This document shows positions 7,039-16,225 of a DNA stretch of 64,000 bases, one piece after another. The translations under genes were made by a program, and so were the position numbers. The notes under the pieces were generated by a model that worked only from the letters and a program-made list of their open reading frames with translations, made no database searches and had not been told where the DNA came from. Source of the DNA: Gelidibacter sp. (lineage in GTDB: Bacteria > Bacteroidota > Bacteroidia > Flavobacteriales > Flavobacteriaceae); the NCBI RefSeq assembly GCF_039916245.1, contig NZ_JBDSLS010000108.1, forward strand, positions 1,230 through 65,229, written 5' to 3'. Numbering within the stretch: position 1 is the stretch's first letter; each line of letters opens with the position of its first letter.

Positions 7039-8736
7039 ATGCTAAAAAAATATTGGAATAGAGGAAGTAGACAAAAAACCATAACCATCATTGGAGTAGT
7101 GGTTTTAATAGCATTATTGTTTTTCCTTCGTGATGATTATCAACCCTTTTTATTATGGATCAGGAAATTCATTTTTGTAATTCTGGTGATAGGTTTGGTA
7201 TTGTTTTTCGGGTTGCGAAGTTTTCGAAACTCGGTCGGCGTTGGACGGCGCATTGGTATTTTGGCACTTTTAGTGTTGTTTTTTGGATCGCTTTACTACA
7301 TTGGTTGGCACTTTAAGATGTATGATTATATGAAAACCTACAATGTTTTCAATCATTTGAATAAAGTTCAAATCAACGAATTGCCGCTTACACAAAACGA
7401 ACGCATCCAACCATTGCGCAATATTTTCTCTATGGCCAACGAATCGGTTGGAGAAACGAAGGACGTGTCGTTGCCGCATTTGGTAAGAGTCGATGGCGAG
7501 AACAGATGGACGATGGCTATCCAGCCGTCTGAAAAATATACCATGCAGCAAATCAGTGAGAATACTGAAGAGATCTTTTCAGTTTCCAGTACCTCGCCAT
7601 TTCCAAGGTTTTCCAGTGAAAATCGCATTCCTGTGACCTTTTCTATTGGCGAATCTTTAAAGTTTAGTAGAAATACTTATCATGCCGTGGTACAACGTTT
7701 CAATATTTTTCAGTTGTTTACCATGGAGCCTGGAGATACGTTTTACATGAAAAACGATTCAGGAAAATGGGTAGAAGTGGTGAGTTTGATCAAATGGAAG
7801 GGCTTCTTTTTTCCATATCCAACTTTTGGAGGTGTGATGGTCATTGATAGTGGGAAACACGACTTCAATGATTATGTGGAACGTATCTTGATCGGGAAAG
7901 GCACATATATCAGTCCAGAGGAAATGAAAAATCATCCGTTTTTGACCAAGCAGAATACGCTCTCAGAAAAAGTGTCACGCTTACAAGCGGAATCTTTAAA
8001 GTTTTTAGGCGGATTTACGGATCCATTGCCATGGAAAATGCAAACGGCCGTAAAAATTCCCGATATGCCAGACGATCAAAATGAACAGCCTTTTGTAACC
8101 GATTTCAATTTTGAGGGCGTCGATGCTAAAGCTTATAATGGTTTGTACCATTGGTTCGGATTGGAGCCCATTGGCGATGAGCGCACAAGTTTGGCCTATA
8201 GCGTATTTGTGCCTGCTGATGGCACCGATAAATTATATTATTATGATCATGCGGCCAGGAAACAAGGTTACGCCGGAGTTTCCGCAATGCCTTTAAAAAT
8301 CATCGAATCCCGTAAGGAGGTGGATTGGTCGGTAAATAAACCTGTTGAATTTAGACCATATATTAAAGATATCGCGGGTAGAAGACGGATGTTTTTCTTA
8401 GGCACCGTTTCAGCAGTAAAAGAATATTCAAAAAAGTTTGATGGATCGGCCACACCAGATTTAGCACTGATTGATAGTGAATATCGTGATGTCATCTGGA
8501 TTGATGTCAAACATCCAAGTCAATGGGATAAAACCGTCTATGATCAATTGAACGAAGCGTGGAGAGCCAGTGAAGGCATTGGTTATTATTATGATGAAGT
8601 CAAAACGCCATCTGACTTGGATATGATGCAAAAAGAAATGGATTCAATTCAGTCCATTCCCAAAGTGAATGCGAATACAGATCAAATAAAAAAATTACAA
8701 CGTCAGATTGATTCTTTAAAATCGGTTGAGAATTGA
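7039..8736 (+). CDS. Hypothetical membrane-anchored protein (3 N-terminal TM helices, large soluble domain)
   Basis: 565-aa ORF; three hydrophobic stretches in the first 90 aa; short helical C-terminus. Confidence 0.8.
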   Translation: MLKKYWNRGSRQKTITIIGVVVLIALLFFLRDDYQPFLLWIRKFIFVILVIGLVLFFGLRSFRNSVGVGRRIGILALLVLFFGSLYYIGWHFKMYDYMKTYNVFNHLNKVQINELPLTQNERIQPLRNIFSMANESVGETKDVSLPHLVRVDGENRWTMAIQPSEKYTMQQISENTEEIFSVSSTSPFPRFSSENRIPVTFSIGESLKFSRNTYHAVVQRFNIFQLFTMEPGDTFYMKNDSGKWVEVVSLIKWKGFFFPYPTFGGVMVIDSGKHDFNDYVERILIGKGTYISPEEMKNHPFLTKQNTLSEKVSRLQAESLKFLGGFTDPLPWKMQTAVKIPDMPDDQNEQPFVTDFNFEGVDAKAYNGLYHWFGLEPIGDERTSLAYSVFVPADGTDKLYYYDHAARKQGYAGVSAMPLKIIESRKEVDWSVNKPVEFRPYIKDIAGRRRMFFLGTVSAVKEYSKKFDGSATPDLALIDSEYRDVIWIDVKHPSQWDKTVYDQLNEAWRASEGIGYYYDEVKTPSDLDMMQKEMDSIQSIPKVNANTDQIKKLQRQIDSLKSVEN

Positions 8737-8766
8737 GATTGATTTATCCTTAAGGCATTCTGTTTT

Positions 8767-8876
8767 CGTCATTCCAACATTCTCGTTTTTGTCATTCCGG
8801 TGTTTTATTTTTGTCATTCCGACGAAGGAGGAATCCCATACTCTTTATGAGATGTCTCCCTGCGTTCGACATGACA
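8767..8876. repeat. REP-like GTCATTCC cluster with a convergent doublet
   Basis: GTCATTCC at 8768, 8791, 8813; full unit TGTCATTCCGACGAAGGAGGAATC 8812-8835; inverted partner GAGATGTCTCCCTGCGTTCGACATGACA 8849-8876. Confidence 0.8.
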
Positions 8877-8890
8877 AAAACATAGTGTTA

Positions 8891-10366
8891 TTATCCAAAT
8901 CGCTTCTGTAAATCCGCAACTACCATCTCAATCTGGTCGTTTTTGTCTTTTCGTTCCAATAGTATTGGTGGCGATTGCCGTACTTGACAATCAGCAATGG
9001 CACATCGTTCGCAGGTTACGCCAACATCCTGGGTTTTTATTTTAGGATCTTTGAGGAAAGAAACTCTACGTTGTAGTTGTTTATTAATCAAGAGTCCGAT
9101 GCTAATGCTTCGGTATTGATTCTCTTTAAATGGATCTTTTGTTGCCGAGGATAAAACCAGGTATTTCATATCGTCATCAGGATAATTCGAAATTTGCAAG
9201 TCAAAAACATGATCTTCTTTGGTCTTACTGATGGTTTTTAAAACTTTTAAAGAAATCCAACGTCGGCAATAATGTTCATTGGTTTCATTACCATGTGGCG
9301 AATGCTGCTGCGATAAGTGTAATTCTTTTTTAAGATGAAAGCGTTCACTTCCTGCACGATGCGTAAACCGTAAGAAAAATAAATCCTGAATATTAAATTC
9401 TTTGGGCAGTACGTTGGTCAGGCGTTGATAAAATGATTCTGGAGAGGCGTTGAAAGCTGCGATGATTTCTAACAACAAATGCTTATCAAAAATCTCTTTT
9501 TCAAATAGCGTGGTTAATTGTTCTGAAATAGTCTTTTTTGGCAAAATGAGTGCACCGGCAAAATACGAGGCGTAAAAATTATTCAAAACCTGATCGAAAT
9601 TTTCAAATTTAATCCATGAAAAGGTATAGAGGCGCTCTTTATATTCTAAATAATTATAAGCAATTTCTTTAGCATAAATAAAAGTACGCTGAGCATCGTC
9701 CATTTGACTGGCTAGTAAAAGGGTCTTCGTTTTTGGTACAAACACGGAACGAAGCATATCCAATGTCTGATGTTTGTCCAATTCAGTCTCATTAAATACA
9801 TAGCCATATTCCTCAATAAGGATTTCCTTCAATTCGTCAGAACTGATCGGTTTTTCCAAATCGATTTGATAGGATTTTGCAAACTTTATCACCGCTTGTT
9901 CAATGTCTTCAAAATAATTATGATTGGCTTCTTGAAAGGATCGTAAGGAGGCCAAATAAAAGCTTTCTCTACTGAAATTATAGTTCTGTGCAATTTCGAT
10001 AATGGTACTTATAAAGGCATTGACCTTTGCCGGCGCATTCGAAACGATATCAATGAGCGTGCTTTCTTGAATCCCGAAAAGTTCCAAAGGAATTTCTTTT
10101 AGAATTTTAGATTTTAAGATATCGCCAATGGGCGAAAGGTTTTTGTCCAATTTCAAAGAGACCATCTGGTCGTAAGGCACTTCCAGTTTTTCAGAAAGAA
10201 TGGCTATTTTATCGGGTTTTGGATATTTTTTTCCCTTTTCAATTTCGTTTAAATACGACTTTGATAATCCTGATAATTTAGATAGACCAAAAAGCGAAAG
10301 ACTTCTCTCTGTCCTGAGCTGCTTTAATTTAAGTCCAAAAATAAGTTTGATATATTCTTCTTCCAT
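8891..10366 (-). CDS. XRE-family HTH regulator with an IrrE/ImmA-like domain (RamB/ScfR-like), probable aceBA regulator
   Basis: N-terminal HTH (LKQLRTERSLSLFGLSKLSGLSKSYLNEIEKG); C-terminal CERC..DC motif; divergent from aceBA. Confidence 0.8.
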   Translation of the reverse strand: MEEEYIKLIFGLKLKQLRTERSLSLFGLSKLSGLSKSYLNEIEKGKKYPKPDKIAILSEKLEVPYDQMVSLKLDKNLSPIGDILKSKILKEIPLELFGIQESTLIDIVSNAPAKVNAFISTIIEIAQNYNFSRESFYLASLRSFQEANHNYFEDIEQAVIKFAKSYQIDLEKPISSDELKEILIEEYGYVFNETELDKHQTLDMLRSVFVPKTKTLLLASQMDDAQRTFIYAKEIAYNYLEYKERLYTFSWIKFENFDQVLNNFYASYFAGALILPKKTISEQLTTLFEKEIFDKHLLLEIIAAFNASPESFYQRLTNVLPKEFNIQDLFFLRFTHRAGSERFHLKKELHLSQQHSPHGNETNEHYCRRWISLKVLKTISKTKEDHVFDLQISNYPDDDMKYLVLSSATKDPFKENQYRSISIGLLINKQLQRRVSFLKDPKIKTQDVGVTCERCAIADCQVRQSPPILLERKDKNDQIEMVVADLQKRFG

Positions 10367-10371
10367 GCTGA

Positions 10372-10436
10372 CAAATATAATTGTTTTTCGCGAATATCAA
10401 TTTTTAGCGAATTGAATTATTTAGCGAACGTTCGCT
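10372..10436. promoter_or_regulatory. Divergent promoter/operator: -7 element for the regulator and three TTnGCGAA boxes
   Basis: TATATTTG on the minus strand 10372-10379; TTCGCGAA 10387, TTAGCGAA 10404, TTAGCGAA 10421; perfect palindrome AGCGAACGTTCGCT 10423-10436. Confidence 0.6.
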
Positions 10437-10487
10437 TGTTTTTTAAAAAAGATTTTTATATCATTGTTGTATCAAAACATCAACATC

Positions 10488-12086
10488 ATGAAAAACAACA
10501 TTTTAAGCGTACCAAAAACTCAATTCTCAGGGGTTGTAGAAAACTACTATCCTGAAATATTAACCGATGAAGCCCTCGAATTTTTATCAGTTTTACACGA
10601 AAAATTTAATCAAGAGCGTCTTGAATTACTAACAGCTAGAGAAAAACAACAAAAGCTATTTGATAAAGGCGCGTTCCCGGAATTCCCTGCTGAAACTAAA
10701 AACATCAGAGAAGGGAATTGGGTGGCTGGCGCAATTCCGAAGGACTTATTAGATAGACGTGTGGAGATTACCGGGCCTGTTGACCGAAAAATGGTCATCA
10801 ATGCCCTGAATTCTGGAGCTAAAACTTTTATGGCCGATTTGGAAGACAGTAATGCACCAACTTGGGCCAATGCGATTGAAGGGCAACAGAATCTTATTGA
10901 TGCCAACAACAAAACCATTTCTCTCTACGATGCTCAAAGGAGGAAATCCTATAAGCTTAATGACGAAACGGCGGTCTTAATGGTGCGTCCAAGAGGTTTA
11001 CATCTCAATGAGCGCCATATGCAGATCAACAAAGAAGAGATGTCTGGTAGTTTAGTGGATTTTGGATTGTATGTTTTTCATAATACCAAAACTTTGTTAG
11101 AAAACCATTCGGCACCGTATTTCTATTTACCAAAATTGGAGCACTATTTGGAAGCACGCTGGTGGAATCAAGTTTTCGATTTCGCAGAAAATTATATGGA
11201 AGTGCCAATCGGGACTTTTAAAGCCACAGTTTTGATAGAAACCATTACGGCAAGTTTTCAGTTGGACGAAATTATCTATGAGCTTAAAGATCATATTGTC
11301 GGACTAAACTGCGGTCGTTGGGATTATATTTTCTCATATATCAAAAAATTCAGAAATCATGACAATTTTGTGGTCCCAAATCGTGATCAAGTAACGATGA
11401 CCACCCCATTTATGGCGGCTTATTCAAAATTGGTCATTCAGCGTTGCCATAAACGAAGGATCCATGCCATTGGTGGGATGGCGGCTCAAATTCCGATCAA
11501 GAACAATCCAGAAGCCAACAATGCGGCCTTGGAAAAGGTCCGCTTAGATAAGGAGCGCGAAGTCAAAAATGGTCACGATGGCACTTGGGTAGCACATCCT
11601 GATTTGGTAGCGGTGGCGATGAGCGAATTTGACAAACGCATGCCAACGGCCAATCAGTTTCACGTGACCAGAGATGATGTCGTGATTACAAAAGAAAATT
11701 TAGTTGAGCTGCCTTTAGGTACAGTAACCGAAGAAGGCGTGCGGAAAAACATCAACGTCGGCATTTTATATACTGAGGCCTGGTTAAGAGGTCACGGTGC
11801 CGTAGCCTTATACAATTTGATGGAAGATGCGGCGACCGCAGAAATTTCAAGAACTCAAGTTTGGCAATGGCTGAAGAATGAAGTCGTTTTGGAAGATGGA
11901 CGAAAATTCACAAGAGCGCTTTACGATACTGTTTTTGATGATGAAGTTGAAAAACTGATCAAGGAATTTGGAAAAGTAGACATGAAAAATACAAAATTCA
12001 AATTAGCGATAGAGTTGTTCAACACTTTGGTAACCAACAAGGAATTCGAAGAGTTTTTGACGTTGCCAGCCTATCAATACCTATAA
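10488..12086 (+). CDS. aceB: Malate synthase A
   Basis: RRVEITGP, FMADLED, VRPRG, LNCGRWDYIFS, GGMAAQIP, DGTWVAHP, MEDAATAEISR; ATG 10488 preferred over TTG 10464. Confidence 0.95.
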   Translation: MKNNILSVPKTQFSGVVENYYPEILTDEALEFLSVLHEKFNQERLELLTAREKQQKLFDKGAFPEFPAETKNIREGNWVAGAIPKDLLDRRVEITGPVDRKMVINALNSGAKTFMADLEDSNAPTWANAIEGQQNLIDANNKTISLYDAQRRKSYKLNDETAVLMVRPRGLHLNERHMQINKEEMSGSLVDFGLYVFHNTKTLLENHSAPYFYLPKLEHYLEARWWNQVFDFAENYMEVPIGTFKATVLIETITASFQLDEIIYELKDHIVGLNCGRWDYIFSYIKKFRNHDNFVVPNRDQVTMTTPFMAAYSKLVIQRCHKRRIHAIGGMAAQIPIKNNPEANNAALEKVRLDKEREVKNGHDGTWVAHPDLVAVAMSEFDKRMPTANQFHVTRDDVVITKENLVELPLGTVTEEGVRKNINVGILYTEAWLRGHGAVALYNLMEDAATAEISRTQVWQWLKNEVVLEDGRKFTRALYDTVFDDEVEKLIKEFGKVDMKNTKFKLAIELFNTLVTNKEFEEFLTLPAYQYL

Positions 12087-12170
12087 AAAAAATGTCTCGC
12101 AACTACGGAAATAGTGTACGAGACGTAATTACCAAAATCTAGAAAAACTTTAATAAACAAACACAAAACT

Positions 12171-13823
12171 ATGAAAAATTTAGCACAAAGTAATTACAGT
12201 TCTGCGGTAGAGACTGTAAGAAACCTTAAAGCAAAGTATGGCAACACTTGGCATGCCATAAACCCTGAAAGCGCAGCGCGGATGGTTACTCAAAACCGTT
12301 TTAAAACAGGATTGGATATCGCTAAATATACAGCAGCCATTATGAGAAAAGATATGGCTGAATATGATGCTGATGCTTCAAGTTACACGCAGTCTTTAGG
12401 GTGCTGGCATGGTTTTGTAGCACAACAAAATATGATTGCAGTTAAAAAGCATCACAAAACAACCAATAAAAAATACTTGTATCTATCAGGATGGATGGTT
12501 GCGGCGTTACGGTCAGAATTTGGACCATTGCCAGATCAATCGATGCATGAGAAAACAGTTGTTCCTGATTTAATAAAAGAAATTTATGATTTTTTACGGC
12601 AAGCCGACGCTATTGAGCTCAATGATTTATTCAGAAGACTTGAAAATGGCGAAGACGTCCAAGATCAAATCGATAATTTTGAAACCCACATCGTTCCAAT
12701 TATTGCAGATATCGACGCAGGTTTTGGGAATGAAGAAGCGACTTATTTATTGACCAAGAAAATGATTGAAGCTGGCGCTTGTGCGATTCAAATTGAAAAT
12801 CAAGTTTCTGATGCGAAACAATGTGGACATCAAGATGGAAAAGTGACGGTGCCGCACGAAGATTTTATCGCCAAACTAAATGCCATCCGATATGCCTTTC
12901 TGGAATTAGGCGTTGACGACGGAATTATTGTAGCCCGCACAGATTCAGAAGGTGCCAGTCTGACTCAAAAGTTGCCAGTGAGCAATGAACCTGGAGATTT
13001 GGCTTCACAATATTTAGCTTTTGTTGAAGCTGAAGAAATTGACATTAAAGATGCCAAAGAAGACGATGTGCTCCTAAAACGAGATGGTAAATTAGTGCGT
13101 CCTGTACGTTTGCCAAATGGTTTGTATCAATTTAAAGAGTGTTCTAATATTGATCGTGTGGTGTTAGACTGTGTGACCAGTCTTCAAAATGGTGCAGATT
13201 TACTATGGATTGAAACGCCAACACCAAATGTGAAGCAAATTGCCCATATGGTTAACAGAATTAAGAAAGCGGTTCCAAATGCAAAATTGGTTTATAACAA
13301 TTCGCCTTCTTTTAACTGGACCTTAAATTTCCGTAATCAAGCTTATGATGAAATGCTTTCGGAAGGTGAAAACATGACCGCTTATGATAGAAATAATTTA
13401 ATGAATGCCGAATATGATGCTTCAGAATTGTGTTATCGTGCCGATCAGAAAATAAAAACCTTCCAAAGAGATAGTGCAAGAGAAGCGGGTATTTTCCATC
13501 ATTTGATTACATTACCAACCTATCATACCACCGCGCTGCATATGAATGATTTAACGGAAGGTTATTTTGGGGAGGAAGGCATGTTGGCTTATGTAAGAGG
13601 TGTTCAGCGCCAAGAAATTCGAAAAGGCGTTGCTTGCGTAAAGCATCAACGAATGGCAGGATCCAACCTTGGCGATGACCATAAAACATTTTTTGCAGGG
13701 GATAATGCCTTAAAAGCAGATGGAAATAAAAACACCTCAAATCAATTTGAAGTGGAAACTGATAGTTCGACTGCGCTCACTAACCAAGTTGAAGTTGAAG
13801 AGAAATTGAGCGTGGTAGCCTAA
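12171..13823 (+). CDS. aceA: Isocitrate lyase (long form)
   Basis: YLSGWMVA, PIIADIDAGFG, IENQVSDAKQCGHQ, ARTD, LLWIET, YNNSPSFNW. Confidence 0.95.
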   Translation: MKNLAQSNYSSAVETVRNLKAKYGNTWHAINPESAARMVTQNRFKTGLDIAKYTAAIMRKDMAEYDADASSYTQSLGCWHGFVAQQNMIAVKKHHKTTNKKYLYLSGWMVAALRSEFGPLPDQSMHEKTVVPDLIKEIYDFLRQADAIELNDLFRRLENGEDVQDQIDNFETHIVPIIADIDAGFGNEEATYLLTKKMIEAGACAIQIENQVSDAKQCGHQDGKVTVPHEDFIAKLNAIRYAFLELGVDDGIIVARTDSEGASLTQKLPVSNEPGDLASQYLAFVEAEEIDIKDAKEDDVLLKRDGKLVRPVRLPNGLYQFKECSNIDRVVLDCVTSLQNGADLLWIETPTPNVKQIAHMVNRIKKAVPNAKLVYNNSPSFNWTLNFRNQAYDEMLSEGENMTAYDRNNLMNAEYDASELCYRADQKIKTFQRDSAREAGIFHHLITLPTYHTTALHMNDLTEGYFGEEGMLAYVRGVQRQEIRKGVACVKHQRMAGSNLGDDHKTFFAGDNALKADGNKNTSNQFEVETDSSTALTNQVEVEEKLSVVA

Positions 13824-13853
13824 ATGTTTAAACAAAGATGTATTCTATAAATT

Positions 13854-13884
13854 AAAAACTCCAGTTTAGCGACTGGAGTTTTTT
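13854..13884. terminator. Intrinsic terminator after aceA
   Basis: AAAAACTCCAGT-ttagcg-ACTGGAGTTTTTT. Confidence 0.85.
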
Positions 13885-13945
13885 GTTAGTATCAAATTAA
13901 GCTAAAATCGCGCCTGAACTTAGGAGGGCTTTTATATGCTTTGGT

Positions 13946-14275
13946 ACATCTCGTTTTAGCATCTAAAAATTTTGACACGAATTTCACGAATTTTCACGAA
14001 CTTACTCGTAAACTAAGAATCCTAACAGAACGTTTTTGCCATAAATTTCACGAACGGAACAGAATTTCAGTCTGTTTTAAAAACTTCCCACAATAATGTA
14101 TGTCGGGCACATGCAGTTTAGTAAATCTCGTCTTTAGTATCTAAAAATTTTGACACGAATTTCACGAATTTCACGAATTTTCACGAATTTACTTGTACAC
14201 TTAGAAGCCTAACTGAAATTTATTTTGCCATAAATATCACGAATGCAATAGCCTTTCAGTCTGTTTTAAAAACTT
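13946..14275. repeat. Two tandem copies (about 13946-14085 and 14124-14275) of a ~140-bp dispersed element with internal CACGAATTT repeats
   Basis: Both copies run TCTAAAAATTTTGACACGAATTTCACGAAT...GCCATAAAT.TCACGAA...TTTCAGTCTGTTTTAAAAACTT. Confidence 0.85.
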
Positions 14276-14327
14276 ATGACACCTTATTCAATTGTTGTTT
14301 AATTGATCCTAGTTAGATTATTCTTAA

Positions 14328-14795
14328 TCAGCTTTCGAATTCAAGAACCATCTTAATATCACTCCGTTTGTAGGGTGAGTTTTCCTCCATGGGAATTTCA
14401 ACAAAGCCATATTTTCTATAAATATAGATGGCATTTTCCAATTTTGTATTCGAGTAGAGGAGAAGGGACTTATAATGATTCGATTTCGCAAAATCAATGC
14501 AATACTGGATCAGTTGCTGTCCTATTTTAAATCCTCTATGTTTTGGGGAAACAGCCATTTTGGAAAGTTCGTAAACATTAGAATCTGTAGTGGGCATTAA
14601 GGCTACTGTTCCAACAATTTCGCCATCGAGTTTGGCATAAAAAATATGACCGCCCTTATCAATGATATAATGTTCGGGTTTGTTCAATACTTCTTCGTCA
14701 AAAGGTTCGACATAAAAGAAAGTCTTTAACCATTCGACATTGAGTGTGTAAAAATCATTGGCGTACTTTTTCTCAAAAGGAATAATTTCAATCAT
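14328..14795 (-). CDS. GNAT family N-acetyltransferase
   Basis: YELSKMAVSPKHRGFKIGQQL (motif A); AIYIYRKYGF. Confidence 0.85.
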   Translation of the reverse strand: MIEIIPFEKKYANDFYTLNVEWLKTFFYVEPFDEEVLNKPEHYIIDKGGHIFYAKLDGEIVGTVALMPTTDSNVYELSKMAVSPKHRGFKIGQQLIQYCIDFAKSNHYKSLLLYSNTKLENAIYIYRKYGFVEIPMEENSPYKRSDIKMVLEFES

Positions 14796-15091
14796 TAAAC
14801 TAAGGTTGTATAGCCAATTAAAACGGCTGTTAATAATCCGAAAAGCAAGCTTAAGATGGCTAAGCTTCTACTTTCTGTTTTTTTTGAAATAAATCTAAAA
14901 ATGACCATCAAGGGAATAACAGCGCCCATGATAAAAATAGGAATTGTGATCCACTCCATAAGTGCTCTAAAGGAATCATTGCTCCAGTTTTTTACAAACA
15001 TGAGATTCATTATTAAAACATAAAGCAACACAGTGATGCTTCCTATAAATAACCATAAATCGATTTTGTATTGTCTATTTTCCATTATCAT
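14795..15091 (-). CDS. Small hypothetical membrane protein (3 TM)
   Basis: 98-aa hydrophobic ORF overlapping both neighbours in a hutG-X-GNAT run. Confidence 0.65.
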   Translation of the reverse strand: MIMENRQYKIDLWLFIGSITVLLYVLIMNLMFVKNWSNDSFRALMEWITIPIFIMGAVIPLMVIFRFISKKTESRSLAILSLLFGLLTAVLIGYTTLV

Positions 15092-16109
15092 TTGATTGAT
15101 TAGCTCTCATAAAATCGGTAATCAAATAGGTAATCAGTTTTCCTACAATAGTCTCAGTTTCTGGAGTTGGAGCTGCTTCACAAATATGCAGATAGACCGC
15201 ATTGCTCTGTTTTCCAAAATAACTTACAAAAGATCTGGCCTTTTTAACGCTAAAACCGCTGGGGGTCATAGCGCTGCTTGGAATTAACGTAATGGCATCA
15301 CAATCTACCTCAATACCAAAAGGCTTATCTGCCACATGTTTGGCAGCGCGTTCTAATTCTGCTTTGAATTTTTTATCCTTTCTGATGATTAAGGATTCAA
15401 AAGTATTGTATTGAAGTGCTTTAAATCTGTCCAAGGTTTTAAAAATATGGTCAGACGTATAATTTTCATGCAGTCCAAAAATAAAATACTTCCTTAAAAA
15501 ACCTTCAGAGTAAGCATAGCTAAAGCCATTGCCACTATGGCGACCTTCTTCACGTCTAAAATCAGAATGCGCGTCAAAATTGACCGCATTCATCGGTTTT
15601 TTAAAAGCCAAGGAAGCTCCTTTTAAATTGCCATAAGCATTGTTGTGACCGCCACCCACAACAATTGGTTTTTTCCCTGAACGAACAATTTGATAGATCA
15701 AATCCGTGACGTGCTTATCAATTTTTTCGGTCAATTTTCGAGCCTTTTCAATGTGCCTTTTGTCGGAGGCGTCATAGCCGTCAATCTTTTCCATCTCTTT
15801 GGAAAAATCAAGATGTCCTAATATGAGTACTTTGCTCGGATTTGTAAACGTATTACTTTGGATGTTTAATAACACCTTTAAAGTAGCTTTCCAAGCTCTG
15901 GCTGTTCCTCGGTTTCCATAGTTTGCAAACACACCAACATCTTCTGGAATCCCAATAATTACATAGTCAACGTCTAAATTAACAAGAGATTCGTATATAT
16001 TGGTAGACTTAGAAAGTAATTGAATATGTTCTCCAAACTTGGATTCATTGGCTCTTTTTTTTAATAACGTATCTAAATCGTGTGTTTTAAATAGAACAAG
16101 TTTGTCCAT
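15075..16109 (-). CDS. hutG: Formimidoylglutamase (arginase/ureohydrolase family)
   Basis: VGGGHNNAYG, NFDAHSD, HSGNGF, EVDCD, SAMTPSG; hutI nearby. Confidence 0.8.
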   Translation of the reverse strand: MDKLVLFKTHDLDTLLKKRANESKFGEHIQLLSKSTNIYESLVNLDVDYVIIGIPEDVGVFANYGNRGTARAWKATLKVLLNIQSNTFTNPSKVLILGHLDFSKEMEKIDGYDASDKRHIEKARKLTEKIDKHVTDLIYQIVRSGKKPIVVGGGHNNAYGNLKGASLAFKKPMNAVNFDAHSDFRREEGRHSGNGFSYAYSEGFLRKYFIFGLHENYTSDHIFKTLDRFKALQYNTFESLIIRKDKKFKAELERAAKHVADKPFGIEVDCDAITLIPSSAMTPSGFSVKKARSFVSYFGKQSNAVYLHICEAAPTPETETIVGKLITYLITDFMRANQSNDNGK

Positions 16110-16225
16110 TATGGGAATTTAATTTTACATTTGAAGAATTAAAAGTACATCATTATTTATTTCCTAACAATTAAATAATTTTAAACCAGCCTTAATTTAA
16201 GTATCAACAACTAAAAACAAAACTT

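Noticed and set aside
12094-12126. Hairpin between aceB and aceA
   Set aside because: The stem is imperfect with no U-tract; at most an mRNA-stability element, and unremarkable.
13738-13800. Duplicated NQFEVE/NQVEVE motif at the AceA C-terminus
   Set aside because: It is too short and lies in a variable tail; no functional inference is possible.
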